Shown piece by piece: positions 13,526 to 27,472 of a stretch of 64,000 bases of DNA; the stretch's first letter is position 1, and the number at the start of each line of letters is the position of its first letter. The DNA is from Octopus sinensis (Eukaryota): assembly GCF_006345805.1 (NCBI RefSeq), contig NC_043012.1, positions 44,144,001-44,208,000 on the forward strand, given 5' to 3'. Under the pieces are notes generated by a model that searched no databases, was not told the origin of the DNA, and saw only the letters and a list, made by a program, of their open reading frames with translations. Both the position numbers and the translations under genes were made by a program.

Positions 13526-13833
13526 GGCTTATGGCTCAGTGGTTCGAGCGTCAGGATCAATCATGAGGTGGTGAGTTCGATTCCCGGACCGGGCTGCATG
13601 TTGTAAGACACACTTTATTTCACCTTGTTCCATTTCACTCATCCGTAGAAATGAAATGCGACGTCACTGGCGCCGTGTTGTATCGGCCTTTGCCTTGGAC
13701 AACATCGGTGGAGAGGTGAGGCTGGCATGCATGGGTGACTGCTGGTCTTCCATAAACAACTTTGCTTGGACTAGTTCCTCAGAAGGTAACTTTCTATGTG
13801 CAATCCCATAGTCCTTCATGACCGAAGGGGGTA
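13526..13833 (+). mobile_element. tRNA-derived SINE, family S3
   Basis: A-box-like TGGCTCAGTGG and B-box-like GAGTTCGATTCCC followed by about 250 bp of non-tRNA body. Confidence 0.75.
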
Positions 13834-14156
13834 TTTACTCCTCTACTGTGTAATCTAAGGGCGATGTGGCTGCTACTTTGTTCTTTCTAAGACAGTGTAC
13901 AATTTGAAGGACATTTTGCTGCTCTCTCAAGCTGGTGGGGCGACTTCTTAGTGGTTTACTTGTGTTGTTACTTTTGTACGTGGTGGTGGTAGCGGTAGTA
14001 GTGGTGGTGGTCGTCGTCGTCATGATGATCGCTGCATGGCTGTCGTGTGGGACGCAGTACAGATATTTTCCATGTATGAGTTTTAAGTATTCACGTTAAT
14101 ATTTTGTAGATGTCCACATTAATAGTGGTAGCTATATTTCATGTTACTAGTGCCCC

Positions 14157-14197
14157 CTTCTTCCTCTTCTTCTTCCTCTTTTTCTTCTTCTTGCTCT

Positions 14198-14232
<35 letters not shown>

Positions 14233-14363
14233 TTCTTCCTCTTCTTCTTCTTCTTCCTCTTCTTCTTCTCCTCCTCCTCTTCTTCTTCTTCTTCTTCTTC
14301 TTCTTCTTCTTCTTCTTCTTCTCTTCCTCCTTCTCCTCCTTCTCCTCCTCCTCCTCATCATCA
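14157..14363. repeat. (CTT)n/(CCT)n polypyrimidine tract
   Basis: About 200 bp made almost entirely of C and T triplet repeats. Confidence 0.97.
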
Positions 14364-16369
14364 TTTAAGATGACGTATGTGACGGCACTATTGCTATTTC
14401 GACCAAAAGATTTCTTTCGTACATTTCCTCCCAACATTTCCCAGACAAACTATTATAAGCTAGTAAAGAGGTCCTCTAGGTGTTCGTCCAATCTGTTAGG
14501 AACACTAACCAAACATCTCTTAAATTACATTCGATTACCTTAAAAAACCCAGGAAGTTATATTGTAAACTGACTGAAAAGGCCATGGCTAGAATATCTTT
14601 GATCATACATCTACTCAATTGAGTTGACCTGGGGTTAAACAACAACTGCACAACTACCAGTAACATAACATAACTTTAGCTGAGTTCCTATGCGGATACT
14701 CGGTCTACTAGAAATAGCAGTCCAAATCTTCAAATCTCATCCTCCTGTTTTTAAGAAAGGCTTAATATTATTGTCCAGATAAATTATATCAGGAAAAATT
14801 ACAGGATGGCTACTACTGGTGATGCCTTTAGTCAATCAATGTTGACCTAGTGTTAAACGATAATAGCAAAATTTAATGTCCCTATAACTACCACAAATGG
14901 AGTACCAGGATTCTAAAGCATCTGCAGCACTCTAGAACCAAATGTAATACCATCTTATTAATATGAACCACGCACATACACACACACGCACACACACACG
15001 CACACACACGCACACACACACGCACACACACACACATCATTATCTTCATTACCCTCAAACACTGTAAAGGTGTGCAACATAGACCGAGTCTGGAGAGAAA
15101 ATGTAGCGTATGTCGAAGAATACAAGCTGCTAGTTGAGTTCCTAGGAATTATAGTTCCATTCCATCAGCACTGATAAAAATTACAGACAACTTCAACATA
15201 AATTACTATTAATTACAATAACAAACAATACCATCAATATAAACCATACAGCGATTGAAAGCGAGTGGGTTGTGGTGGAGGAGTACGTATTGTGGAGAGA
15301 CAAACGAGTTTGGTGAATTTGGCAGGAGATCATACGCAATTAGATATATCTGGGAAACAGATGTCGTTGTAGCATAGAAAGAAAAAGTGAGTGGACAGTG
15401 GGTCGTTCAGATGCGCATTCAGTGAGCGATACTTTGGCAATCACTAGAATGACTTTGGATAGAGTCGAATGCGTAACGGCAGTAACATCGTCTCATATAC
15501 AGAACCAGCATTCCAGACCCACTTGTTTCACTTCGACTTTGTAGAGAGAGTTAGCAAGAGTTTGCAGTTGAAGTATTTTCCTCATTGATTCGTAAAAATT
15601 ACACAAATACGACAACTTTATAACAGGAAATAACAAATTTTTTTCAAAAACGTTAAGAGTAAGCCCTATTCTACGTGACACATTCTACCAGTATCCGAAG
15701 TTTCAAAGTGTTTAGTTAAAAAAAATAATTAAAAAATTTGTGCATGAGATGGAACAGATCCTATTTTCTGAACTGAAATTTTTGCAATGTTATGAATGTC
15801 AGATTGTTAAAATCCGAAGTTTAATCCTCAACTTAACAAACTCTTGGGATTTATTATCGTCGTTTTCTTCCATTTTTCTTTATAGTTGTGGAAATCAGTT
15901 AATCCCTTTACAAAGCAGAGATTCCAGATATCAGTACTTAATTCAAGTAAATTATGTTAAAATTAATCTTCGGAGAATAAACCTCTCTCTTGAATATACA
16001 CAAGTCTCTTTGGAAATTCTTGGAGTTTTATACACCAAGAATTAAGTGTCTTACGTTTTTAATATTGTAGCAGTTGTTGCTGTTGTTGCTGCTGCAGCTG
16101 CTGTTGTTATTGTTGCTTCAAATTACACATAATCGACCAAACATATAATCAAAGCCTTTGATCAAAAATAGGTCAGTGTCAGGCTTAGATTAAGTGAGGC
16201 CCAAAGCTATATAAAGCTTAAAGGACTTTTATTGAAATATTGCACCAGGGGGTATTTGCAAAAACTGAAAGCAACATCTTAAAATCAATTTGAAACTTCT
16301 GCGGATTGTAAAGCCTAAATCCGATACGGATCAAGTTAGTTCAGATGCTCAGACTATCATCTTGGAGGT

Positions 16370-16764
16370 ATTCTTTTATTCTTTTACTTGTTTCAGTCAT
16401 TCGTCTGTGGCCATGCTGGAACACCGCCTTGAAGGGTTTTTAGTCGAACAAATCGACTCAAAGACCTGTTTTTTGAAGTCTAGTACTTATTGTATCGTTC
16501 TCTTTTGCCGAACCGCTAAGTTAAAAATACCAACACCGGTTGTCAAGTGGTGCTAGGGGGACAAACATAGACACAAAGACACGAACACACACACACACAT
16601 ACGACGAACTTCTTTAAGTGCCCGTCTATCGAATCCATTCACAAGGCTTTAGTCGACCCGAGGCTATAGTAGAAGACACTGGCCCAAGGTGCCACACAGT
16701 GGGACTGAGTCCGGAACCATGTGGTTGGGAAGCAAGTTTTTTACCACACAACCACGCCTGCGCC
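16370..16764 (-). mobile_element. SINE family S1
   Basis: Full head-to-tail homology to S1. Confidence 0.9.
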
Positions 16765-17497
16765 TATGGTATCTAAGTCTACGAAAGAGAAAGAAAGACT
16801 TAGACATCGGCAGAAAAAAGGATGACTTAGAAACTGGCTGTGGAAGGAAGGACTTGGGCACCAAGTGAAATTTTAGCTGAGAAAAAGATGAAATGAAAAC
16901 TGGTTTGGAAGTTTTTTATAGTTATTTATTTATTTTGTCTCTTTCAACCCTTCCCTGAAAAGACCTAACTCAAGAAGAAGAAAATGGAACAACAAAATGA
17001 AATGGAATCAACCAGTTAATTCAGTCTTCTTTGTATACTTTGGATTATTTTTAAGGCAGAGTGACAACGAAGAACTTTATTCCCACCTTTCTCTCACACA
17101 AACAATCTCTCTCTCTCTCTTTCTCCTTCCCCCCTCTCTCTGTACACACAAATGCAAATACACCAACACCCACTTACATTCATATAGGACTTATGCAAAC
17201 GTGTAATTACAAAACATCCATACACACGTAAGTGTGTAGGTCGGTGTGTGAGTGTAAATATATATGTGTGTGCCCGCGCGTGCGTGTGTGTATGTGCGCG
17301 TGTGCGTGTGTATATGTGTATGTATGCATGAATGTTTGTTCGTGTGTTTGTGTATGTGTGTGTGCATATATATATATATACATATATATATATAGTATAT
17401 ATATACTTACAAATGTGTATATCTATCTATCTGTCTAAAGGAACTATATATGCACGCACACGCACACGACCAAACATACATCCATACACACATGCAG

Positions 17498-17528
<31 letters not shown>

Positions 17529-18009
17529 GAGAGATGTGGGAAGCACCTTCGGTGACGATGATGACGTGCTACGAGGTATCTTTATAACAGACTTCTTATG
17601 AAAGATATGATTATGGTGATGCTATTGTTGTTGTCTTCTTCTTCTTCTTCTTCTTCTTCTTCTTCTTCTTCTTCTTCTTCTTCTTCTTCTTCTTCTTCTT
17701 CTTCTTCTTCTTCTTCTTCTTCTTCTTCTCCTCCTTCATATCAGGACTCACGCCGTTAGCTACAAAGAGTAATCTCTAATTCGAGCCTACTCTATTCTAC
17801 TAAGATTGCGTGTGTCAACTTTGAAGATCCACCCACCACACGCGATAGACTGGCGGTTGCACGGGCGCGAAAGCTACGTTGTTATCCTCATTCCGTAAAC
17901 GGTGGCTTTTAACGGGTGGAGAGCTGAACCATCCTGGGGTACAGAGGATTCACAATCTAGATTAGGGTCTGAAAGTTTTACCACACCATAGTGGGTTACA
18001 CCATGGTTC

Positions 18010-18218
18010 CTCTGCTTTGTGGCAGAAGTAGGAAGAAAGAGTGAGGGAAAGTTGTGGTGAAAGAGTACAGCTGGGTTCGCCACCTCTCCCCGCCGGAGTA
18101 TCGTGGAGCTTAGGTATTTTTGCTCAATAAACACTCACAATGTCCGGTCTGGGAATCGAAACCGCATTCTTACGACCGCGACTCCGCTGCCCTAACCACT
18201 GGGCCATTGCGCCTCCAC
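18010..18218 (-). mobile_element. tRNA-derived SINE, family S4
   Basis: Minus strand GTGGAGGCGCAATGGCCCAGTGGTTAGG (A box) ... GTTTCGATTCCC (B box) followed by a non-tRNA body. Confidence 0.75.
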
Positions 18219-18403
18219 TATTGTTGCTGTTGTCATCGTCGTCATCGCTATTGTTAATGTTGTCGATGTAACTCTTACTAAATATATAAACATATATATA
18301 TATATTTCAGATATAACAGTATGATGTATCACTTAAGTGTGTTATTACATAATTGTGGAATGCCGACACATATGGACAGAAATATGTAAAGAAAAAAGAG
18401 AAA

Positions 18404-18808
18404 ACCGTCAACCGAGCCTGCCCGAGGTGCGCGCGGAGTGACGAAACCGTTCTTCACGTCCTCGTCAAGTGCCCGAGCATTGCTGACCTATGAGTTTATG
18501 TCGAACACCTACTATCGCGTGTAGGACGGATCCGGCTGTTAGTTGAATCCATAGTGAAGAATGTCCCGCCGCTATCCTTTGACCAGGAAGGGCAAGCAGT
18601 TTTTATTTGTCTGCTGGCTGCAGCGAAAGAGGTAGTGTGATGGATACGCTTGAAAGGGCTAAAGACAGACATTTTCCTCTTTGGCCAAGGCCTCATAAAC
18701 TTATTCAAGTTTCATTTGAAAAGGAAAGTGAGGGTGGAGAGGGAAGTGTTGCCTTCTAGCAAATTTGTTGAAAGGTGGATGAATGTCGGGAAAATGGCCA
18801 GTGTGTAA
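18404..18808 (+). pseudogene. L1/Tx1-clade LINE ORF2 C-terminal fragment (zinc knuckle)
   Basis: Manual translation CPRCARSDETVLHVLVKC...FKFHLKRKVRVEREVLPSSKFVERWM with two in-frame TGA at likely Trp positions. Confidence 0.75.
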
Positions 18809-19679
18809 GGACCCATTTTGAGCATGCGCCTGTGAAAAATATAAGAAGGGCTCTTGTCCTGTTGGTCAGGCACCCGTGACGTTTGTGGGTATTTCCACGA
18901 GTAGACTTAAAACGCCTCTCCTTATTAGGAGTTTTATATATTTAATTTTCCATGATATTTTTTGTTTACGCGCTTTTCAAGCCTATTTTTATCGTCCTGT
19001 CTTTGTCTCTTTATGTAACCTTATGGAAGCCCTTGTGGTAATGAAAGAATTAAGTATTCTCGGTGGCACCTTCAAGCTTATTATGATCGTATCGTTTCAA
19101 TGTCCTTTCAAGACTGTACTTCTCACACAATCTCTAATGAACATACTTAGCTACGTTATCATGCCGCCTTTTGTATTCTTTTTAAGCCTGCAGCGGATAG
19201 TTACGACAAGATATGGTGGTAGTTTATATACATATTTGTTGTTAGAATTGTACACGGCTTCATGAAAAACAACGTCTAATTAATTACAAGAACATCACAT
19301 TCACCGGAATTGAAATCTTACTGATTGAATTGATCGACATATTGCTGCAAAAATGTATGGCGTTGACTTTTTACCATCTCTGAGTTGGTTTATCGTTTCG
19401 AAGGTAACTATCAGGAGGAAAAGCACTGCTTCAAGAATAGAGTCATTGAAACCGCTTGAGAGCAGGGTTGTCGTGACTACAGTATGGTAAGTCAAACTCT
19501 AGCAGGGACAACACGTCAAATGCAGTTTCTTATAAAGCCATTGATACAGGAATATTGTAGAATTATCACCGATACACTCGGCTCTCATTGGTTGAAAATG
19601 GGAGACGCATGAATCGCATGCGATTGAACATGACAACGGAAAATGAAATCAACCGCCCCATGCCAATTTGCTACAACAC

Positions 19680-19900
19680 AAAATGTGAGAGTTTTTCATT
19701 TGGAACTTGACTCAATGAATTCTCAAAGCTTCTTCCTGAGCGCTGCAAATCCTCAGCGAATCCGTTTAGATGACTTTCCCTTAGTCACCTCCAGCTGTTG
19801 GTCTTGTCTTTTCTTTCCATTTCTCTGCTCATGTGGCGCTTTCACTTTCAATCTTTGCTCTCCGTCTCGTTTCCTAAATTCTTTTGGATGTGTCACATTT
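19680..19900 (-). pseudogene. R4/Dong-clade fragment, family B (post-RT region)
   Basis: Broken frames give REMERKDKTNSWR*LRESHL and ICSAQEEALRIH*VKF, resembling the R4 W.WL...LK..TE.LI.AAQEQAL motif. Confidence 0.6.
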
Positions 19901-20086
19901 TCATTAGGTACCATCTGGCTATTTGAAACAGCAGCAATCAAAGGTTCAATCTGCTGTCAGACATACCATCCCAGACTGTTATTCTCATTGAAAACAGAGG
20001 TCGCGCATCCACTGAGCCCTCTTCCTCCCTTGTTTCTAGATACATACAATATATTGACATCGCTTTTAGGGCTGTTAATATTATTA

Positions 20087-20167
20087 TGTTTGGCTTTTGC
20101 TTTGTTCTTGTACAAGTTGACTCCAATTCTTACTCAGAGACCTCAAGAGACAACAAATTAGAAGTTC
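20087..20167 (-). mobile_element. Severely 5'-truncated 3' end of R4/Dong family A
   Basis: Aligns to 27240-27325 (ATGTTTG..TTTGCTTT..TTGTACAAGTTG.CTCCAA..CT.AC.CAGAGACCTCAAGAGACAACA); short (TTA) tracts on both sides. Confidence 0.8.
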
Positions 20168-20867
20168 AAGTTGCTGTTATTATTATTCAGTGACCTTATT
20201 GTTATTACGAACTTTCACTGCACGACAGAGCGCCTCTCTGGGTGGCGTAGGTATGAGCAGTGTTTTCTGTTATCTTGTTTTTACTATGTTAAAAAACACT
20301 CTACGTAATATACGTGCGGTTACTCGTATTGCTATTTTCTATATGTTACGTATATTTAAAAATCTAGGGTTTTGATTACGTATTTGGATATTTTCTGGAG
20401 CATTCTTTTAATTTAATATACTGCACTCTGTTCATTCACAAAACATCCTATATACCTCTCAAGTCATTCTAAGATCTACAACTTATACTGTTCTTCACTC
20501 TTGGGGTAACATATAACCGAAACATGTCGGTGTTTGTTGCTGTACAAAGTACGAACTCACTTCACACTACGATCCATATCGAATACATTTTCATGTCTCC
20601 ACTCATATATGAAAGACGATAGCTTATCATATATGAGTGTGCATGTATGTACAAATCTGTGAATGTGTGTGGTGTCTATGTTTCCGTCCAGCATATACAT
20701 ATATATAATACGCACACACACGCACGCACACACACACACACACCACACACACACACACACACATATATATCTACATACATAATATATATTACATATACAT
20801 GCATACACGCACGCGCACATATATAGTTATATATATATGTGTGTGTGTGTGTATGTAATTATGTATG

Positions 20868-20931
<64 letters not shown>

Positions 20932-20934
20932 TAG

Positions 20935-20985
<51 letters not shown>

Positions 20986-21131
20986 TCTCATTGGTTTTTA
21001 TGTGTAAATGAATATATATTTATGCAAATCACTTGTTTAATGTGTGAACGTATTATGTGTGAATGTTTTTTGTTTTGAATCGATAGAAACCTTATAACCG
21101 AAAAAATTAAAAGAATACACTGAATTAAACA

Positions 21132-21183
<52 letters not shown>

Positions 21184-24100
21184 CACACACACATGCACAC
21201 ACATACACACACATACCCAAACATACCCCCCCACCAACACACACATCCACCAACACGCACACACACACACGTACTGGTAGGTACACAAACATGCATACAA
21301 ATTCACACCCAAGCAAGTACATATACACGCCATCCGTCATATACGACTAACACTTTGTAAAAACGACAAAAGTAATGTAAAATAATATGCAAAAATATCA
21401 AATCTTTAGAAAAAGAAACTGAATGAGAAAAAAATGCTGCTGAGCTGATGCGGTGAAGTGAACCAAGATGGAATAAATGCCAAAAGACTACTTCAATGTC
21501 AGAGAATTGAAGAAAATGATTGTTTTGGCTCGGTATGAAGTCAATCTTTTATAGAAATGATATATCATCGACTGAATAGACTCCAGTTTGTTGGTTGCTA
21601 CATAGTGGGAGGCAGAGAGACGACAACATATACTGACTGCATTGCATCCAGTTAGACACCATTAACTGCTTCGGTCATCTTTTTTTTTTCTTGGATAGTA
21701 ATAAGGATTTTTAACATAGGCATATGTCCAAATATTTCAAGGACATTTAACTCAGTAACCGACTGATCTATCGTCTAACCGACTATCGTCTAACCGACTG
21801 ATCTATCGTATATACCCAGCAATTATGAAATTTATCACGGAGAACATGAAGGCTTGGAAATCACCTGGACTGCTACTAAGCATGTAGGTTACTAACATCG
21901 AGACCAACCAATATAAGAAATAGAATCTTCCAAGAGGACTTGCGGAGCGTTAATATATATTCTTTTTTGCACTGCGATATCGCCTTTTTTGAATGGGATT
22001 CACTTTTCGAGAGAGAATGTATGCGATTCTCTATGTATGCATGTTAATATGTATGTAAATGTATGTATATGCATGTATAGCTAGTGTATGAGTTAGATAA
22101 TATTTGTGTGACAGCAGTATATTCCAAGCAGTGTACCACTCCTCTTATGTCGGAGATTCATTGTTGGGTGCCGATTTAGGCTTTATTGTACCTTGCTAAC
22201 CCATTGCATTATCAGAGATCGGCAGATGATTAAACTAACCTCCTTAATCCGCCTGTACTTTTATCGACCTCGAAAAGATAAATGGTTAAGTTGACTTCTG
22301 CCAGAAGAAATACAGCAAGATATTTTGTCTGACGCTCTAAAGATTTGACTTCTACATTCCTTTGTGTTTGTTTTTATGTCTGAAAACCGGTGTTGTTTGT
22401 GTTGTGTTTCTTTATATTCGTTACTTAGCGTTTTGATTAATAAAGATTGATAAATCTTCTACGCAGTGAAGTCGATACGATCGATAAGCCCTCGAAGGTG
22501 GTACTCCAGCATGGTTGCAGTTCACTGACTGAAACCATAAAAAGCGTAAAAGAGTAAAATACTCAGTGTGCCGACATTTTAAGAAGAACCATGCTGAGAA
22601 TTTTAAAAAAACGAAACTGCTTGGAGTCTCAATTATGTATCTCTTAAAAAAGAACCCATTTTCTTGGAAACGAAATTGGAATAGTAAACGAGACGTGCCT
22701 GGAATTATGAAGTGAACAAACAGTTCAAGCGACAATTAACAAAGCAAATATATGAAGATTCTTTGTCAAATATTGAATTTACTTTCTGTACAGTTTTAAT
22801 TACGTGAGAAATCAAAAAATTTCTCAATCATTGATTTTTGTTTTATCAAGATTTACAAGATTTACAATGTCTTATAATGTACGTAGGAGTTCATCGCTGG
22901 ACCATCATTCAATTCTCAGTTGTTGTAAATATATTATATGGAGAGTCTACTGTATCGCTGATTGGTGATCCATCAGCTTACAGGGTTAAGTATAAATAAT
23001 CCATGATATTCTGGAAAGATGAAGTTGTACAATAACAACGACTGTAATATAAGTAATTTCGTTATCTGTGACACCAATAACTTTAATAGCTTTTCTATTC
23101 ACCAAAAGCAGTAAAGATTCCTTACTTTAATGTGGGTGAAATTAGAAAATATGATCTTTATGCCTTTGCCATGAGAATTAGTAGTTAAAAGTAGAGAAAT
23201 GGCGTCAAACAAGGATTTAAATAGTTTTACAAACTCAGCTTCTCAGAAAGTTAACACTCGTTCAACAGTAGCATTTCTATCAACGGCGTCTCCTTAAAAG
23301 GTTTCTCTTTTTTTTTTTTACGATACCATCTGTGTCAACGTAAAAGAAATTAGTTTTTGTAACGTTGATGTTTCTGCAAAAGATGTTACCGAAGCAAGTA
23401 AAATCGTATGACTTGCTCTTATTCTACAGCTCTAATCACACTGAAATTCTCAGGAAATGAAATATTATTGATAGCAATACGTTTATGTTGACCTTCATAT
23501 AATATTGATTTTAATAACATAGATGCAGACTGTAAACTATTGACTGTAACATCAGGCTATTACCAGAATCTCATAGAAATAATAATTGTTGAAGTTTAGC
23601 TCATCAATTTGTTTTATTCACATACAGTAGAAATTGTTTTACAAAGTCATTACAGTTATTGACAAAAGAACAGAAGAATGGTAATTGTCCGGCGCGCGGA
23701 TCCTGCAACTCATTTTTCTTTCTCAAAAGTATTTATTTTAAATCACCAACGTCAGTAATAGCCATCATAATCGTATGACCGTCAAGCAAAAGCTTTCTTT
23801 ACTTTTCTTATACACTTAAAAACTTAAGCGTATTAAAAACTATTAAGAAACACTAAGGAGTTCAGTAAGTTGAATCCTCTATTTGGCTTCACATTTCAGT
23901 TGTAACCATTTAATTTCTGTTACGGAAAGTCTTGAATATCATCCACTCTCATTTGCCATTTTCCGTTTATTTTCAAAGTCTTGTTTTGTAACATATGATT
24001 TTAAGATCTTCATAGTGTAGTAAAATAGCACAGGAATATTATATAACAATCCCATAGTTTTTTTTTATCAGAATTTCCGAGACGAGGAATAATTATTATA

Positions 24101-26100
24101 CAGCTATATTCGGCCCATCAAGAGAGGACTCAAAAGCAGGTCTACACTTTGGGGAGATATCTCCGTAAAAAAAAAAATAATAATAAGCCTCATCACCACC
24201 AGAACTGTGTATATTATATCTTATGTAGTAGTCTCAAGGAATATAAAAGTGTGACCAACCGCTCTCTAAGAACATGGCTTGTTAAACCATAATCTGTGAG
24301 GAGAAATCAGGCATGGCTGATTAAATTTTGGTGGGAATAATGTCACCAACCATTGTGGAATATCGTCATTGTGGAAAATATAATTTAAAGAATCTATAAC
24401 TTAATTTCGATGAACTAAAAATTTTCTTGTAATAAAAGGATGTCACAGAATATACAACATCTAGTGATTCCAATATGCTTGAGCAACAATGCTAGTGCTA
24501 TACTTTTAAGGTTTATAATGATATTCTGTAACCCTTTTGAGCATGCGTATTTTTCGATTCTAGTTTCGTACTGTTTAAGGCAATGCTTATAATATTTCAT
24601 TTATGTACCGTATTTCTCCTAATGATGTGGCAACCTCTAATAAACTGACACCGAAACGCCAACCAATTGAAATATAGTGTGACTGTCACTATGTTAAAAA
24701 TTGTACGATAAAATCGATAATAATTGTCGTACTTGTTTATTATCATACGGAGAGATACTGAACAGCAGTTAGTATATTATAAGCTGTACTACAAAGAATT
24801 GTATTTTAAAAAATATTAATGGTATTAATTTTTAGAAAATCATTAGCAATATCTAAAACGACACACCATGCAACGAAGAGAAGAGGAAAATGCGTAAGAC
24901 CAAATTCTCGAAGACAGCTGCCATGCCAAACTATCGCTTATTCATTGATTGAATTGAAAATTAACCAATAAAACGCGATCCCCACGCAAACGGCAACAAC
25001 ACCCTTACACTTTCATTCGCAACCTAGGCATATATTGTCAGGTACACAGTAGACTCGACTAACATTCTGTTGTTGGTCACTGCATGCCTGACGGATTTCA
25101 TTTTCGTTTTCCACGCAGTAGTCACTCCTGGAAATTTTTCAATGCTATTATTTTAAATAGTCTTATTTTCACACCCATACTACTTAGTATAAAGTCATTG
25201 TGTAGTCTGGTATAGTTATCTCCGTAGATTGTCCCTCCCGTATATTTCCGTTTAACTTTTAATCAGTTTTAAATTTATAGTTATTTCTGTGCCGCTTTTG
25301 AAAAGAATTGTCATTAAGGCTAATAATTTTCTTCGTTACTTAATATTTCAATAAACTAAAAATTACTTTTAGCGCTTTACATTATTTTATATCACACTTG
25401 GCTATTTATCCTTATGTATTATATAATCCTACAGTCAATGCCTTGCAACTATCGTTTATTTATTGCCTTAGATTCTGTGTTAATTTCAGATGCACCACGC
25501 CGGTATTGTAATGCTTTAACCAACGTGATAAGAAAATCTAGTTTAACCTGCTTCAAGAAATTTAGAGCAAATATTCAAAGGAAGGTAAATTCTCAAAAAA
25601 AAAAGAAGAAAAAGAAAGAAAGAAAAACAGAGGAAAGAAATACGAAAAAGAAAAACTGGTTTGGTGACTTGAGATTCCCTTCACTCCTTCGCGTTCCACA
25701 ATGAAACGGAATACTAGCACTTTCTGAAATTATTCTGCACCTCTCGCCGAAACGTGATACGTTTAATTTCCAATAGTAATCACGTGTTTCAAGAGAGGTG
25801 AAGATTGAAATTAGTAATACAACTCACAAAAGTATACTCACAAACATACACACACAAACACAAACATGCGCGCACACACACACACAAACACAAACATGCG
25901 CGCGCACGCACACACACACACATACACGCACGTATGGATGTATGTTTATGTGTGAGTGTGTGTATACATTTTTAATTCATGTTGTGACATCCATCATTTA
26001 CCCATACTCTGAGTTTCTCGTGTGTAGACGAACACACATTCACATACGCACACACACACACACACACAACACACACACGTGTATATAGGTTTGAATGCAT

Positions 26101-26160
<60 letters not shown>

Positions 26161-26699
26161 TCTCCATAAGAAATGGTATCTTTGGACGAATATTGCAGTT
26201 ATTAGCTAATCAACATTGTATATAAATTAAGTATGATACACTGATGGTTACATACACATAGGCACACACACACACGCACACATGAACGTACGCACGTGCG
26301 AGCGCGCGCACACAGACACACATTAATTGATAAATGTAAGTAAAATGAAATTAGATAGAAACTGAAAACACAGTCACATACAATACATACCATGAGTTCA
26401 GCTGATTTGACACTAATGTTGCATTCAATAAACGTGTTATGCCTGAATTTATGTGTGCACGCACACTCGCGCGCGCACACACACACACTCATAATTATTT
26501 TTGTGCTCGTATATGCGTGTGTTTTAAATCATTGCATGACACGTTTATACATTACACACAATTCTTTGTACATATGCAGAACATATAACGCTCTCATGAA
26601 CTTAGTCATACCCATCGATTAATATATGATATTTTACAGTTCTGTTTACGATATTTTTTAGGACGATAGCCATGGGCGGGAAACTTATATAACCCCGCG

Positions 26700-27115
26700 A
26701 ACCCATGATTTTGATGAGATACACTAGGAACATGCATCACAACCATATGTGCGCAACATGGTGATCTCATATCAAAATATACAGCGCATGACCTTGCAGG
26801 TGAGGTCCAGTTAGACATTTCTTCTGGTCGTGTAGCCTATCCCGTTCAAATTATCCCTAAATAAGAGTTGTTTAAGGATGTTGAACGAAACACCCATGCT
26901 TTCAGAGGTGAATTATTCAAACCCCAAAGAATCCATCTCAACACATGGCTATGATGCTCCCCAACTACTTCTGCTCATGATCAGAGATGCACATATTGTC
27001 AACCACTAAAGGACATTCTCAACTGGTTAAGGTCAAGCAACTGACAAGCAAATATGTGGTATTGAGCAGAATATTTGCTGTAGCCCATCTTTTTGTATCA
27101 AAACAATGTACATGA
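26700..27115 (-). mobile_element. ORF-less interspersed repeat associated with (TAA)n, copy 1 (partial)
   Basis: Homologous to 45815-46318; abuts (ATT)n. Confidence 0.8.
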
Positions 27116-27151
27116 TTATTATTATTATTATTGTTGTTGTTGTTGTTGTTG

Positions 27152-27214
<63 letters not shown>

Positions 27215-27472
27215 TATTATTATTATTATTATTATATTCTATGTTTGACTTTTGCTTTATGTTTGTACAAGTTGGCTCCAAGTCTCACCCAGAGACCTCA
27301 AGAGACAACAGGTTGGAAGTTCTGTGCCATATATTTGGGGGGGTTTTTTTGTGTGTTGTACTAGTGAATGTCTAATACATAAAAATAAAATTTTTTAAAA
27401 AATAAAATAAAATAAAATAACATAAAATAAATAAATAAATAAATAAATAAAAGTTTGTTTTAAACCTTGGGA

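Noticed and set aside
13526-13600. tRNA-like A and B boxes here, at 18140-18218 and in S1/S2 heads
   Set aside because: No complete cloverleaf, and each continues into a repeat body; these are SINE heads, not tRNA genes.
22750-24640. Possible very old hAT-like transposase on the minus strand (LDGPNI-like peptide; TGGCAACC-like end near 24630)
   Set aside because: Only one short motif, no continuous frame and no second terminus.
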